From Callorhinchus milii (Eukaryota): a stretch of 64,000 bases of DNA. Positions 25,623-38,697 of the stretch are shown here, in pieces. Where the stretch lies: NCBI RefSeq assembly GCF_018977255.1, contig NW_024704743.1, positions 114,454,001-114,518,000 on the forward strand, read 5' to 3'. Made by a program: the position numbers and the translations under genes. Under the pieces are notes generated by a model. The model was given only the letters and a program-made list of their open reading frames with translations. It was not told the DNA's origin and ran no database searches. Positions within the stretch are counted from its first letter, which is position 1, and every line of letters starts with the position of its first letter.

Positions 25623-26282
25623 CTATGAGAATGTTTTTAGAAAAAGTCGTCACGCATCAGTGAGAAAACGATAGCTTAGTTAGTACCCCTGGTTCTAAAC
25701 TGTGTATAAGCAAAATCCAATCCTGGAATAGACACTGACTAAAGTATTGGCATTGTTCTAGTGGCAGCAGATTGTGTGAAACTGAACTTCTTTTTGAAGT
25801 TGAGAACAATAAGACAGTAATTGTGATGTAACGGCACAGTTATTAATTAGTTGGACTCATTTAAGAAACATCTGGTTGTTGTAATAGGAAGCCGGAAGGG
25901 TGCTGTATTATTAAAGGATACACATAAGTGATCCGAAAGGCCTTCTACACACATGTGATTCTGTGATTGATTTCAGTCTAACGTTTAACGTGGAATAGTC
26001 AAAATAACCCTCTGCTTGTCACGCTGCATTTGATGTTAAAGAGCATGCCTGAAGATGATGGTACTAAGATGATAGAAATGTTATGGGATGTTTAAGATAA
26101 CTCAGACTATCAACTTTCAGATCTTTCATCTGTTATGTCCTGTTAAATTAGCCAAGGAAATGTGTTTGTGGTAATGATGTAGGGTTTGCAGTGTAACAAT
26201 GAAATGCTGACGATTAATAAGACCAATACTGAAAGAGAGCAAAGAGGAGAAAGCTCAACAATGGCCTGGTCCCTGTCGTTAC

Positions 26283-26440
26283 CTTCCTGGGCTGTGTTGC
26301 TCCTCACTTTCACTTTTAATTCTAGGCACTGGAGGCTGCAGCATTTCTGCTGCCAGAGGATCAGCATCCGTTTCCTCACGTCCAACCCACTCTCCAACTA
26401 CTCGTGGTTTAACGAGGGAGGAACCGTAAGCTCCTAGGTC
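26283..26440 (-). CDS. C8orf34: C8orf34 coding exon: [52 protein letters not shown](S)
   Basis: Lies within ORF 26279..26617. Acceptor ttttatttaag (AAG type), donor gtaacg; 158 nt, phase 0 to 2. Confidence 0.9.
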
Positions 26441-27389
26441 CTTAAATAAAAGGACTAACATGTCAGAATCCGCCTTATGATTACTGAGATCAAACAAAAG
26501 GGAACAATGTCCACAGAGAGACACTCTTGTACAAAGGAACATTATTACTATAATAATAATTTGGTCACTCAATTCACGGCTGTTTGTGGTACACTGCTGT
26601 GCGCAATTGGCTGCCACGTATCGCCCTCAAAATGTACAGTCAATTCCTTTTACAGTATATTCTGTGAACCACTTTAAGACATCTTGAAGGCATGATAAGG
26701 GTATTATTTTTATAGGTGGTTAAGGACTCATTTAGATGTGAAAGAAACAGAAGTTGCATATATTATATATATATAATATGAGGCATGATCCCTAATCATC
26801 AACCCTAATATATTCAAGCAGATCCTCCACAAAAATATCGGGTTTATGCAATACCCTTGGCCATGGACACAATTTTAGATTAATCCATTAACTTTATTTA
26901 CTCCATGGGGGGTTTCGCTAAAGTCAAACTAAGAAAAAGCATTCAGTGGAAAGGCTATTAAATAAAAAAAAATTGGAATTTGCAAAATAAAGTAACTACA
27001 GTAGTTTCAGTACAACTCTTATTTAAATATATTTTTTATATTTGAGATTGCACCAGTAGAGAGGTTTCCAAATAGGGGCTTCTGTGCTGGATTGCACTGT
27101 TCTGCTATAAGGTGCAGTTTTGAGATAAGCAATAAGAAAAGCTGGCATGATTAGTGCTCACAGCATGACCATTACTCTAAATAAATCCGTCAAGTTAAAC
27201 CCTTTGTATGTGCATCGGAACTATGAGATCCTGTAGTGGGGAGTAACTAGAGGTCATTTCACCACCTAAAGATTTCCATGTAGATTCATCCTGTGTCAGA
27301 AATTAAGTAAAGTGCACTTAATGAGGAAAGAAAGTGTCAACCCTCAGATAAGCTACCTAATACACAGTCGCTACACTTTACATTATAGG

Positions 27390-28762
27390 GCAGTTATCAC
27401 ACCCTTCCTCAAAAAACCCACCCTCGATCCCTCTAATCTCTCACACTACCGTCCCATCTCCAATCGACCCTTCCTTGCCAAAGTCCTCGAACGCATTGTT
27501 GCAGATCAACTTCGGTCACACCTTTTCCTCCACTCCCTCCTTGAGCCCCTGCAGTCTGTTTTTCTCCATTCCCACAGCACAGAGACAGCACTTGTCAAAG
27601 TCACAAACAACATCCTCTCTATCTGTGACCAGAGCTCCCGCTGCCTCCTTGTCCCCCTGAATCTCTCTGCTGCATTCAACACAGTCGATCATGCCATCCT
27701 CTTCCACCGACTCTTCTCCCTCATCCACCTTAGTGAGACCGCACTCGCATGGTTCGAGTCCTACTTAACCAACTGACTCCACTTCATCTCAGCAAATGAT
27801 TTCTCCCCCGCCCCCCCCACCTGGTCACCTGCAGGGTACCCCAGGGCTCCATTCTTGGTGCTCTTCTTTTCCTTATCTATATGCTCCCTCTGGGCAATGT
27901 CATCTGCAGACATGGGGTAAACTTCCACATGTATGCGGATAACACACAAATCTGCTTTGCCTCCTCCAGTACCAAATCCAGGTCCGCGAAATTCTATCAG
28001 CTTGTCTGGCAGACATCAGGGCCTGGATGAGTGTAAACTTCCTGCAGCTGAATGTGGATAAGACAGAAGCCATACTCCTTGGCTCCTGTCAATGTCTTCA
28101 CTCCTGTGGATCTAAACTCCTCAACCTCCCTGGGCTCTCCCTCAAACTCACGGAACTAGTGCGCAATCTAGGCGTCCGGTTTGACCTCCAGCTGGTCCCT
28201 GGCCAGGACCGCCTTCTTCCACCTCCACCACATTGCCCACCTCTGACAGTACCTTTCCCCAAATGCAACTAAAACCCTCATGCATGCGTTTAACACCTCC
28301 CTCCTGATGAATTACTCAAATGCACTCCTCACCTTTTCTCTACAGCTCCACTATTCAAAAGATCCAGCTCATTCAAAACTCTGCCACCCAAATACTTACC
28401 AGGACCATCTCACCAGTTCTGGCCAGGCTCCACTGGCACCTCCCTACTTCTCCAACCTCCTCCCTCCCCGATCTACCACCCAGAGCCTCCGCTTGATGGC
28501 CTCCAGCTCGTCCCTCGCCCCCTCTGCCCCACCATCGGCGGTCGTGCTTTCAGCCATGAGGCCTCGAAACTCTGGAACATTCTCCCTTAATCCCTCCGCC
28601 TTACCCCTGCTCTCTCCTTTTTCAAGTCCCGCCTGAAGACTTTCCTCTTTGACTGTGCTTACGGCCACTTCCTTCCACCCCCAGCTCGGAGTCAGGCTGT
28701 TAAGCACTCTGAGACACTACCCTGCACGGAGGGCGCTATATCACTGCAAGTTGTTGTTGTTG
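27390..28762 (+). mobile_element. Degenerate L2 LINE fragment (second L2 family)
   Basis: KKPTLDPSNLSHYRPISN, HSTETALVKV and LSAAFNTVDH motifs; multiple frameshifts; (gtt)n tail. Confidence 0.9.
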
Positions 28763-28889
28763 TGTATATCACATGGAGCGCTTTGAGAAAGCTCAACTAT
28801 GTGATAAAGCGCTATATCAAATGGAAGGATTATTATTACTATTCTTGGCTATCCTAATGCAGTTTAATTTTTCACTTGTAAAAGTTTGT

Positions 28890-29206
28890 GGAGTCCTGTA
28901 GCTCAGTGGTTAGAGCACTCGCTTTGCAAGTGAGAGACCTGAGTTCAATTCCAGGCAGGGCGAAACCTTGGGCAAGTTTCCTTACTCCACACGCCTAATA
29001 ATAATAATCCCTCCAAAAACAATAATTAAATTGGTCATTTTCAATCTACGACTGTTTGTGGGACACTGCTGTGCACAATTGGCTGCCGCGTTTGCCCACA
29101 AATATACAGTCAATTCACTTTACAGTGTGTTCTGTGAAGCGCTTTGGGATGGCCTCCGAACGTGAAAAGCGGTATATCAAATGCAAGGATTATGATTATT
29201 ATTATT
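28890..29206 (+). mobile_element. Young SINE, short subfamily
   Basis: Near-identical to the 13464 copy. Confidence 0.92.
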
Positions 29207-30145
29207 AAGTAGACACACTTTTTTTTAAGCTTTACTGTGTCCAATTATTTTTTTCCTAATTTTACTCCACACTGACATGTTTCTCTGCTCTGGTTCCCAG
29301 CCTCTTTATCGCTGGTTGGGCACTGGTTGCTTTCTGGTAACTCACTAAATGACCATCAGTCATACGTGAGTTTTGGCAGAGAGTGTTGGCAGGACATTCC
29401 ACATCACACCTGAGCCTGACCTTTCCTCATCCAACTGTCACACACACACTCATCACCAATAGAGGGTCCTGAAGATGGGTCAGGAACAGGAATGGTGGCT
29501 GTTTTTCCTCTTCCAAATACTGGGGCTAATTTAGGCCCCAGCTGTGATCCACAAACTCATCACAGTGAGCTCCTAGTCCATAAGCTGCAGCTCTATCCAT
29601 GATCGGGGCTTCTCCTATTATTATCGTGTCTTCTGTTAGAGCGCTCCGAAACCCTAACCTATGTGAATGGCACTATATAAATGCACATTGTTGTGATTGT
29701 TATTGTCAACCAATTTAATAGATATGCGGAAAATCAGACCGCTTTTTTTTGAAGATACACCATTGACCATTTCAAATCATTCTGAGGAATTATTACTGGC
29801 CTGACGACAGGTTTCTAATCACTGGGAGAAGTCATCGTTGGGATTGATAATGCGATATGTGTAAACTGTATTTGTTCCATTCATTGCAACTTTTGCTCTG
29901 TGCAAAATAACAAATTCCAAATCGGCAAAACCCAGCCAGCAGGAGGATTGATGATCACAGAACAAAGTCACGAAATTTAAGCTATGTACAAGTTTGCATA
30001 TAAGCAGTGGTTTCTCTGTTACCACCAATGCCATGCATGTCACCCTACTGCGTAAACAACAACAACTTACATTTATTCAGTGTCCTTCACGTAGGATAAC
30101 ATCACAAAGAACTTCATAATGACGAGCTTAAACACCGAGCAAGGG

Positions 30146-30556
30146 AACATAGGAACAGGAGTAGGCCATTCAGCCCCTCAAACCTGATCCATCATTCTAT
30201 TAGAGCATGGCTGATCTGTAACTCAAATCCAATTACCTGCCTTTGCCCTATATCCATTGATACCCTTACCTAACAAGGATCTATCCACCACAGTCTTGAA
30301 AATTTGTATGGATCCAGCATCCACAGTTTTTTGGGAGGGAGAATTCCAAATTTCCACTACCCTTTGCATGTAAAATGCTTCTATATTTGAAAATGCTTCC
30401 TGACTACTCCTAAATGGCCTAGCTCTAACTTTAGGATTATTCCCCCTTCTGGATTTCCCCACCAGAGGAAACAGTTTCTATGTAGCTACCCTATTGAATC
30501 CCTCTATCATTCTAAACACCTCAATCAGATCACCCCTCAACCTTCTAGGGAATACA
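30146..30556 (-). mobile_element. CR1 LINE 3' fragment
   Basis: FYMQRVVEIWNS...FKTVVDRSL; CR1 3' UTR ...gaatggcctactcctgttcctatgttc. Confidence 0.85.
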
Positions 30557-31272
30557 GACAACAACAACAACAAGATTCCATTTATAAAGCGCCTTTCACG
30601 TCAGGAGGACGTCCCAAGGCGCTGCACAGTTGGGTCATGACCCGAGCAGGGGGGAAATGGTCAGGGGAGGGGAGGGAGCGAGGAGGGGGGAAATGGTCAG
30701 GGTGAGGGGAGGGATGGGAGGGAGCGAGAAGGGGGAAGAGAGTCGAGAGGGGAGCTGAAGGCTCGGTCAAAGAGAAAGGTTTTGAGACCGGCCTTGAAGG
30801 AGGAGAGGGAGGAAGCAAGGCGAAGGCACTGGGGGATGGAGTTCCAGAGCCTGGGGGTTGAGAGGCTGAAGGCCCGACCACAGTTGGCAGGGTGGTTGGG
30901 GCGGGGGTTGTTGAGCAGACTGGAGCCAGAGGAACGGAGGGTACGGGCAGGTAGGTAGGGGGATAGTAGGTCGGAGAGGTAGGAGGGAGCAAGGCCGTGA
31001 ATGGCCTTGTAGGTGAGGATGAGGATCTTGAATTCGATCCTCTGGGGGATGGGGAGCCAGTGGAGGCGAGCGAGGGTGGGAGTGATGTGGTCCCGAAGCC
31101 TGGTGCGGGACAGTACACGAGCTGCAGAGTTCTGAATGACCTGCAGCTTGTGGAGGGAGGTGCTGGGAAGGCCGGCGAGGAGAGAGTTCCCATAGTCCAG
31201 CCTTGAGGTGACAAAGGCGTGGACCAGGGTTTCAGCAGCGTGAGGGGTGAGGTAATGGCGCAGTCTGGCCAA
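30557..31272 (-). mobile_element. L2-clade LINE 3' fragment, highly similar to the 9242 copy
   Basis: ORF 30697..31332 (SRLDYGNSLL...LHWLPIPQRIEFKIL...LWNSIP); (caa)n tail on the + strand. Confidence 0.93.
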
Positions 31273-34200
31273 GAAAGGGGGAAAGGCAAAAGGAAGGAAA
31301 ATGACGATACGTGGCATACAGAACAATTCCACAGCAACACAAGTTTTTGCAATCAGGCCAGACCTCTACGGGCTCCTGAATTATCAGTGTGACAGAAAAG
31401 GTACTGAGTAAAAAGCTGGTTGAAATCCTTAATGTATCTCAAGTACAAGGAATATTTTGTTTGGAATAACACAAAGTCAGATGGGTTTTTAACCAAATAC
31501 TGTATCTTAGCAAAGCAAATATTTCAATCACAGTGGAGGAAAGCTCTGTCAGCTCTATTATTTCCTTTGTTATCAACTGCAAATAACTCTTGCTACATTG
31601 CAGTAATAACGTCACAATCATAAATCGTTCAGTGTGGAGATGAACTCTCTACACACAGCCACCATCTGCAATACGTGCTTCTGTGGGCAAAATAAATAAG
31701 ACAGATGCAAACCTAAATATATCCATCCAAAGATGTTGGCAACATGCATTACAAAAGATAATAGATTCCCTCGAGTGAGTTCAAGTCTTGTTTGGAGTTC
31801 AAATGATGGTTATAAACTGCTCAAATGTTACCCTTGTATTCTGCATTCCTTCCAATTCTCTCCCTACACCTCTGAAGGCGATGAGCCACACTTGAGAATA
31901 CTTCCATGGCTGTTTGGGTGGTATTCACCCTCTGGCACTTCGCCAAACACAAACACTATCTGTGCAAACTATGAAGTGGGTGTTGGGGATTAATTCAATT
32001 ACAGGGAGCAAAAGACAAAACAAAAATGCTTGCATTTGATTTAGCATCTTTCAAGTTAGGAGGACATCTCAAAGCACTTTATAGGAATTATTGTAAAGTG
32101 TAGTGACTGTGTTGGTGAATGCATCAGCCAATTTACACACGCCAATGTCCAATAAACAGTCAGGAACTTGAAAAACAATTTTATCAGAAGTATTGTTGGC
32201 CAAGACACTGAGAGCAACTCCGTTCTCTTTTTTTGAATATACCATAGAATCTTTAGTGACTATAAGCATTCCAAGATACTGCTCAGCGTGAAGGACATTT
32301 TATAAATGCAAGTTGTTGTTGTTGTTATGTATTTGAAAAGGAAACATGGCAGCCAATTTTGCACACAGCAATGTCCCACACAGAGCCATTTTTTTCTGGG
32401 GGATTGTTGGCCAGGATACTCAGAGAAAATTCCCTTCTCTTTTCGATTCATGCCATAGAATCATACAGCACAGAAGGTGGCCATTTGGCCCATCATGCTG
32501 TGCCGGCTCTTGAAAGAGCTATCCAAATTAATCTCACTCCTCTCTCTCTCCCCATAGCCTTGTAAAATTGCCCTCCACCAATATCTATCCATGGGATCTT
32601 TAACATCCACCTGAACCGACGCATGGGACTCCAGTTTAATGTCTCATCCAAAGGATGTCAGCCTGGACTGCGTGACCATACTCACATTGGCATTTTCCAC
32701 CAGCTAATGATCAAAAGCAGGAGCCATGGCTGAATTTTCCTCTCCTCATCCCAGGATATTACCATTGCACTGCCTGATAACACTAAACCCAATACAGATG
32801 GGGGAGCAAATCTGTGACTTTCCGGATTTGAACAGCTTTGTTTTCCACCAGGTAGAGAGCTTACTCGCTCTGGAGGAGTCATCGTCACGTGCGTTTGAGA
32901 AAAAAAATATGATTTATAACAGGAGTCACTAATATCGATTCAGTATCTTCAGTAAATGGGTTTGTCACACCGACCCACAGAAATACTTTCAGATGCACTG
33001 AGACAGCAAAACATGGGGACACAGGTTTAGGGTTGCAAAGGGCAATCTCAGTACAGACATCAGGAAGCATATATTTACCCAGAGGATGTAAATACCTAGT
33101 TTAAAGACTGGAATAAATGACCAGGAAGGGTGATTGAGGTGAGGACACTGGGACTCATTTAAGAAACAGCTCAATGCAGAGTGGGAATTCTGGAACAATG
33201 AAATCAGATGGGTATTCTTCATCCGAACCTGTTCTATGATCTTCTGCACTCTGTTCCCATGCTATCTATTTCTGGTTATTGGAGTTACCACTGGTTTACA
33301 CGGCACACTTCGGGGTGACTTTTAGTGAAACTAGTGACTCCTGTTGTGATAACAATGTGCACTTTTAAAGCAACTTTTAACTTGTCAAAGGTAGTGATGG
33401 AATACCGAGTAGGGAAATAAGTGTTTAAAGATGTTGAAAGGGATATGTGTTTAGGCAATGTTAGATCCCAATTTAAACACCTCAAATCGACTACAGATCA
33501 CTTGTTAGGTTACACTGTTCTCCATTTATTCCACCTTGATTGTGGATATACATTTTAATGCAATGCACAACGTTGGACAATAAATTGTTCCAAGCCCTGT
33601 TCATTGTTGGTTCAATACAGTTTATTGCTTTCTCTACAGTGTCTGGCAGATGCTAGATATGAAACACAATGAGTAAAATAGTTTCTTATTGATCCCTTTG
33701 TGATTCCTTTTAGTGCTGTTATTGTGGTCCTTACTTCAGTAGTAAAATTTAGCAATTGCCAGAAAGCACGTGACAATATTATATAAAAGAAGCATAACAT
33801 GACAAATGAGTTGAGCGAATATGCCAAACAGAAATGTTCTTTGAAATGATTGTTTTGAGGTCACACGCATATAATTCTTAGAATAGCTTAATGATTGTGG
33901 TAAAGAAATCACATTACGTCTCACATTCAGATTTGCCTACACGAAGTGAGAGAAAGCATATGAAATAATATTGTAAAATAATCCTTACATTTGATCCAGC
34001 TCCTTTCATGTCAGGAGAATGTCTCAAAGTACATCACAGGATACACTGTAAAGTGTAATGACTGTGTTTGGATTCAGTACACTTCCACCCTAGGTATAAC
34101 CCAGGAAAATACAGAGCATCAAATATTTTTAAGACTTAAACCTAAGAACAGAAAATCCTCATGCTCTTAGGTGTAAGTCTTAAAAGGTAAAATTGTGTAG

Positions 34201-35929
34201 AATTTGGGAAAAGCGGTTTTACCCTGCTACAAGACTACCCCACATGAAGGGCATTAATATAAACGCAAGTTGTAATGTTGTTTATATTCCATCTTGATAT
34301 GGAAACCCTGCTGTTTCTCGATGCTGTGAAAAACCGGCTTCCAGACTGTGGGCTGAATTTAAAACTGTTTTCCAAAAATTCTGTACAATCTGAATATTTG
34401 AAGGCAATGATCTTACACCGAAGGACGTGAGAAATTTGGGATCCCTGATCAAACGGAACCATGAATCTATTTGTTTTATTTCAAATGCCATGCAATCCCA
34501 GAATTATCAGTTTTTTTTAATTGCAAGAACATAATGATAATCCTTGCATTTGATATAGCGCCTTATCACGTCATTGAGATGGCTCAAAGCACTTCACAGA
34601 ATATACTGTAGAGGGGACTAACTGTGTATTTTGTGGGTGAAATGCGGCAGCCAATTGTCATTCATAGTCATCCTTCCTGTCATGGCTGGTGATGAAGTAG
34701 ATGCAAGTTTAGCTTGCCTAGACTACATCTCAACACTGTAAAAGGACACTGTTGCTGTGAAATCTCAGGGAGGTGGGAGGGGGGAGAGGAAGGAGCAGAG
34801 TGTTCACCAAGTCTCTAATTACCACTTCCTCTTGGCGATCTGTCAGTCCCCTGCTCCAATTAACACTCAATATAGCAACTGCCCAAAGGCCTGCTGTGCA
34901 CAATTTATGATTTGAAGACTCTATCCGTCACACTTCCTGCATTTTACAATAATCACAATGTTTGCATATGATATAGCGCCTTTCACATCAGGCGGCTGTC
35001 TCAAAGCCCTTTACATGATTTACTGTGAAGTGCAGTGACTGTATTTGCTACAGTCAAATTGCATACCGCATTGTACTACAAGCAGCCATGAAGTTAATGG
35101 CCAATTTTATCCATGGGACTGTGGCGAGGACGCCAGGAGAAATTCCCTTCTGTTTTTAACTCTGTGCAAAAATGTGCACCCCAAAAATGTGCAAAAACTA
35201 ATTTGGTAGATACAGTCCCCAAATAAACGCTACCTGACCGAAAGCTTGGTCAAAAAGATAGATCTTAAGGTGGACTTTGAAAGGGATGGGGGTGGGGGGG
35301 GAGTCAGAGACATATTGTTCCATAGAGTTTTGCAGATTGGCAAGGTTAGTTCACTTGACAGCAATTAAACACAAAGAGCTTTAACATTTTATTATTATAA
35401 GCGCCATATGAAAGGCACGGTTTATCAAGCTCAAAGAATATCGTTCAAAGAATCTTTTACTTATTTCTAATGTAAATATAAATGCACTGTAGGCCTGTCA
35501 TGCGCATCCAGTCTTTGGGCTCACACATCAGAGGAATAAACATTCTCATAGTCTTGGCCTTAAAACATTCTCTCAAAATTTAGGATTGTGTGGAATTTTG
35601 GAACGTTCCTAAATTCAGTCTGAATTTGGAAGCCAGCTATTTACAGATCTTAAATTTGAAGACAATGATCTTACAGTTAAGACTAAGTAGCAGAAACCCA
35701 GGCCTATGAATCCCAGTTACCCACTGGGTATGGGATGAGGAGCCAGTGGTCAACACTGAGCAGGGTTATGGTGGTTAGGGAGGTCTGGTGCTTTGGTGTT
35801 CCAATAATCATATACCAAGACCCTGAACATGCAATACATCTCCCACTCCCCAGTGTGATCTGAATACATAAAATCTGAATTTCAGCTCAGAGGATAAAGT
35901 AATACTAATTTTTGCTGATCTAGCGTCTC

Positions 35930-36825
35930 ATATCAACCTGTCTGCTCCCTCTGCTAAGCAGGCTCTGGCCTTCACCATATCCCCATCATTAGCGGTCGGG
36001 ACTTCAGCCTCTCTGCCCCCAACCTTTGGAACTCTATCCCACATTCCCTTTGCCTCAGTCCTTCCCTTGCCTCTGTTAGAATTTACACTTTTTGTATAAT
36101 GTTAGAATCATAATAGATGTTGCGAACGGGTTAACTTTTAAGTTAAGTGTGGGGGAGCAACTGGACTGAAACTCATGAGTTTCCCAGGATCACGTGAGTA
36201 TCTCAAGGACAAGATGTGTACTACTGCCCTGCAAGTACACAAGCTAAGGGACTGTCTCAAGGACAGTATGTTTGTGTGTGTGAGGCACGTACACTCCATG
36301 AGATGTTCACTTGAACCCAGCATGATTTTGGCCAGGTGACCTAATGTCCGCACCATGATTGGAAGGACACAAGCTTAAGACACGGTGCCAGACCAAGATC
36401 GGGGCGCGCCCAGGGCAGTACCTACCGTGGATGGAACACTGAGAGCGAGAAGGCAGAAGTAGACGACCACGAGGAGGGATTACGCGGTAGTATTGTTCTG
36501 TTAGTGAATTTATTGATTGTGCTTACTTGCCCACGCCCATCGGGAACTTGGACGGATCCTGGAGTTTAATAAACACCATACTAGTTGCAAACAGTAGCTG
36601 TGTTTGATTGGAACTCGAAAAAGGTTTTTCCTTAACACATCCTTCAAGGCGTGTCTCAAGATCTCCCCCTTCGTCCGTACCTTTGGCCACCCTCCACCTA
36701 CTCCGCACCCTCCCTGATCCCAACACCCCCCTTGCTCGGGTACAAATCACTGAACGTCTAGCATCTTCAGATGTCCTCCCAACGTGAAAGGCACTACACA
36801 AATGTGATTTTGTAATTTTGCATTG
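35930..36825 (+). mobile_element. L2 3' fragment split by a solo LTR
   Basis: L2 sequence ...cccttgcctc resumes as catccttcaaggcg after 36637. Confidence 0.8.
36074..36637 (+). mobile_element. Solo LTR (probably Gypsy/ERV type)
   Basis: TGTTA...TAACA termini, 4-bp TSD cctc/catc (one mismatch), AATAAA at 36568; cleanly interrupts an L2. Confidence 0.75.
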
Positions 36826-36984
36826 TCTTATTACATTGTCAAAAAAAGCTTCACAGGATTTTACTGTAAAGTACACTGACTGTGTATATTGTAGGTGAAC
36901 ACGGCAGCCAACAACAACTAGGATTTATATAGTGCCCTCCATGCCAGACGGCGTCTCAGAGCGCTCAGAGTGGTTGCTGAATAG

Positions 36985-37372
36985 AGATTTCAATATCTTC
37001 ACCCTTGTATTCAAGTCCCTGCACTCCTCTGCACCCCCTACCTCTCTGACCTCCTCTCTCCTCAAAACAGTACCCGTTGCCTTCGTTCCTCCGGGTCTGG
37101 CCTACTCCTTGTCCCCCATGTCCTCCGCCTCACCCTCAGCGGCCGTGCCTTCAGCCACTATGCCCCGAGGCTCTGGAACTGCCTTCCTCACTCCCTTCAC
37201 CTCGTTCCCTCCCTTCCCATTTTCAGGTCTCTGCTGTAGACCTGTCTTTTCGACCACGCCTTTGGTCACCTTCCTCCCCCTCCCCCTGGCTTGGTCCTGG
37301 GATCCGTTACTGTAAAGCGCTCTGAGACGCTGTCTGGCGTGGAGGGCATTATATAAATCCAAGTTGTTGTTG
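36985..37372 (+). mobile_element. L2 3' fragment (second family, ctctgagacgc tail)
   Basis: FNIFTLVFKSLH; same tail family as 28710-28762, 39345-39410 and 63755-63820. Confidence 0.8.
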
Positions 37373-38471
37373 TTTGAACAGGTTTGTCTGTATTCCCATT
37401 TGCCGATTTTGGACTTAGAGCTGAAGTGTTTTAAATGTTGGTATCAAATCTGTAAAAACTGGCCAGATTATAAAAAGAAAGATGATGCTATATAGTGCTA
37501 AACTCCACTCAGGCATTCTGTTATGCTGACAATGTTTTGAATTTTTCCCCGAGTCATTTGACAATCCACCGTTGTTTCAGAATAGATGTTTAAGCATGTG
37601 TGGGAGGGTTTCTTTATACTTCAACCAATTCCACGGCAAAAAACAATATAGTAGGAGAACACAGCTGATGGCAACTGAAACATATCTACCTCATTATGTA
37701 GGCGAAATTGGCACAGCGGCATAAAATGGTGGTGTACATACAGAGAGCAGCTCATATCTGAAGAGCATCATTTCATTCATAACAGATCACCAGATGTGCA
37801 GCTGACATACAGCCTAAATAATTTGGTAGATGTGACACTGACGAACAACCATAAATATTTGCATTAAATAGAATTTGCATCTGGAATATTGTGGAAAAAC
37901 TTCCTATTTAATTGAAATTGCAACATTTTTTAAGCATCCGCCCTGTATTTACTTAGTGCCCTCCAAGTGGAGTAATATCTTGGAGTGCTGTTCTGGTAGT
38001 GTAGTGAATTTGTACATATCCAGAACAAATACACGCACTTTTACTTTTAAGTTTTTAGCGTAATTGACGTTGAGGTTTAGGGAGAGCATAGCAGAGCTTT
38101 CCTCAGAAGGCTTCATTAATCGAGGAAGTATTTTGTTACCCAACAACAGCAACCTGCATTTATGTAGTGGCCTGCACATTGGGTAACATCTTGGAGCAAT
38201 TCACAGAAGGTATTTCACCCAGGGAATATTTAATGACTAGAACAGGTTGCCAGGAAGGGTGGTTGAGGTAGACACTGCGATTGGAGGATGGTTGGGTAGG
38301 TATTCTGGAAGGATGAGACCAAATGGGCTGAAGGGCCTTCTTCATCCAAACCAATCTTGTGATCTTGTGAATGGCTTTTTCACATTCAATGCTTTCGCAA
38401 TGATCCAACTTGCCATCTTCAGCTGTTGGAGTTTTGAAGTTAATAGACTAACAGAACATTAAAATCCTCTT

Positions 38472-38697
38472 CACAAAATACTGCAGATGCTGGAAATCTG
38501 AAACAAAAACAAAAGTCGCTGGGAACACTCAGCATCTATGGAGAAAGGAAAGTGAGTCAACGTTTCGGGTCCACGACCCTTCGTCAGAACTTTGTCAGTA
38601 ATAACGGAAGGATCGTAGACCTGAAAGGTTGACTCACTTTTTTTTCTCCATAGATGCTGCCTGACCTGCTGATTGTTCCCAGCGACTTCTGTTTTTG
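38472..38697. mobile_element. Second copy of the fold-back hammerhead-bearing element
   Basis: Same arm sequence as 12820-13034. 14-bp TSD attaaaatc(c/t)tctt at 38458-38471 and 38698-38711 (one mismatch). Confidence 0.8.
38555..38591 (-). ncRNA. Minimal type-I hammerhead ribozyme motif
   Basis: Minus strand reads AGUU-CUGACGA-A-GGGUC-GUG-GACCC-GAAAC-GUU-GACU: perfect 5-bp helix II, palindromic AACGUU helix III, 4-bp helix I (one G-U). Confidence 0.7.

Noticed and set aside
38601..38636. Plus-strand hammerhead in the second arm of the fold-back element
   Set aside because: The CUGANGA box is destroyed and GAAAC is mutated to GAAAG.
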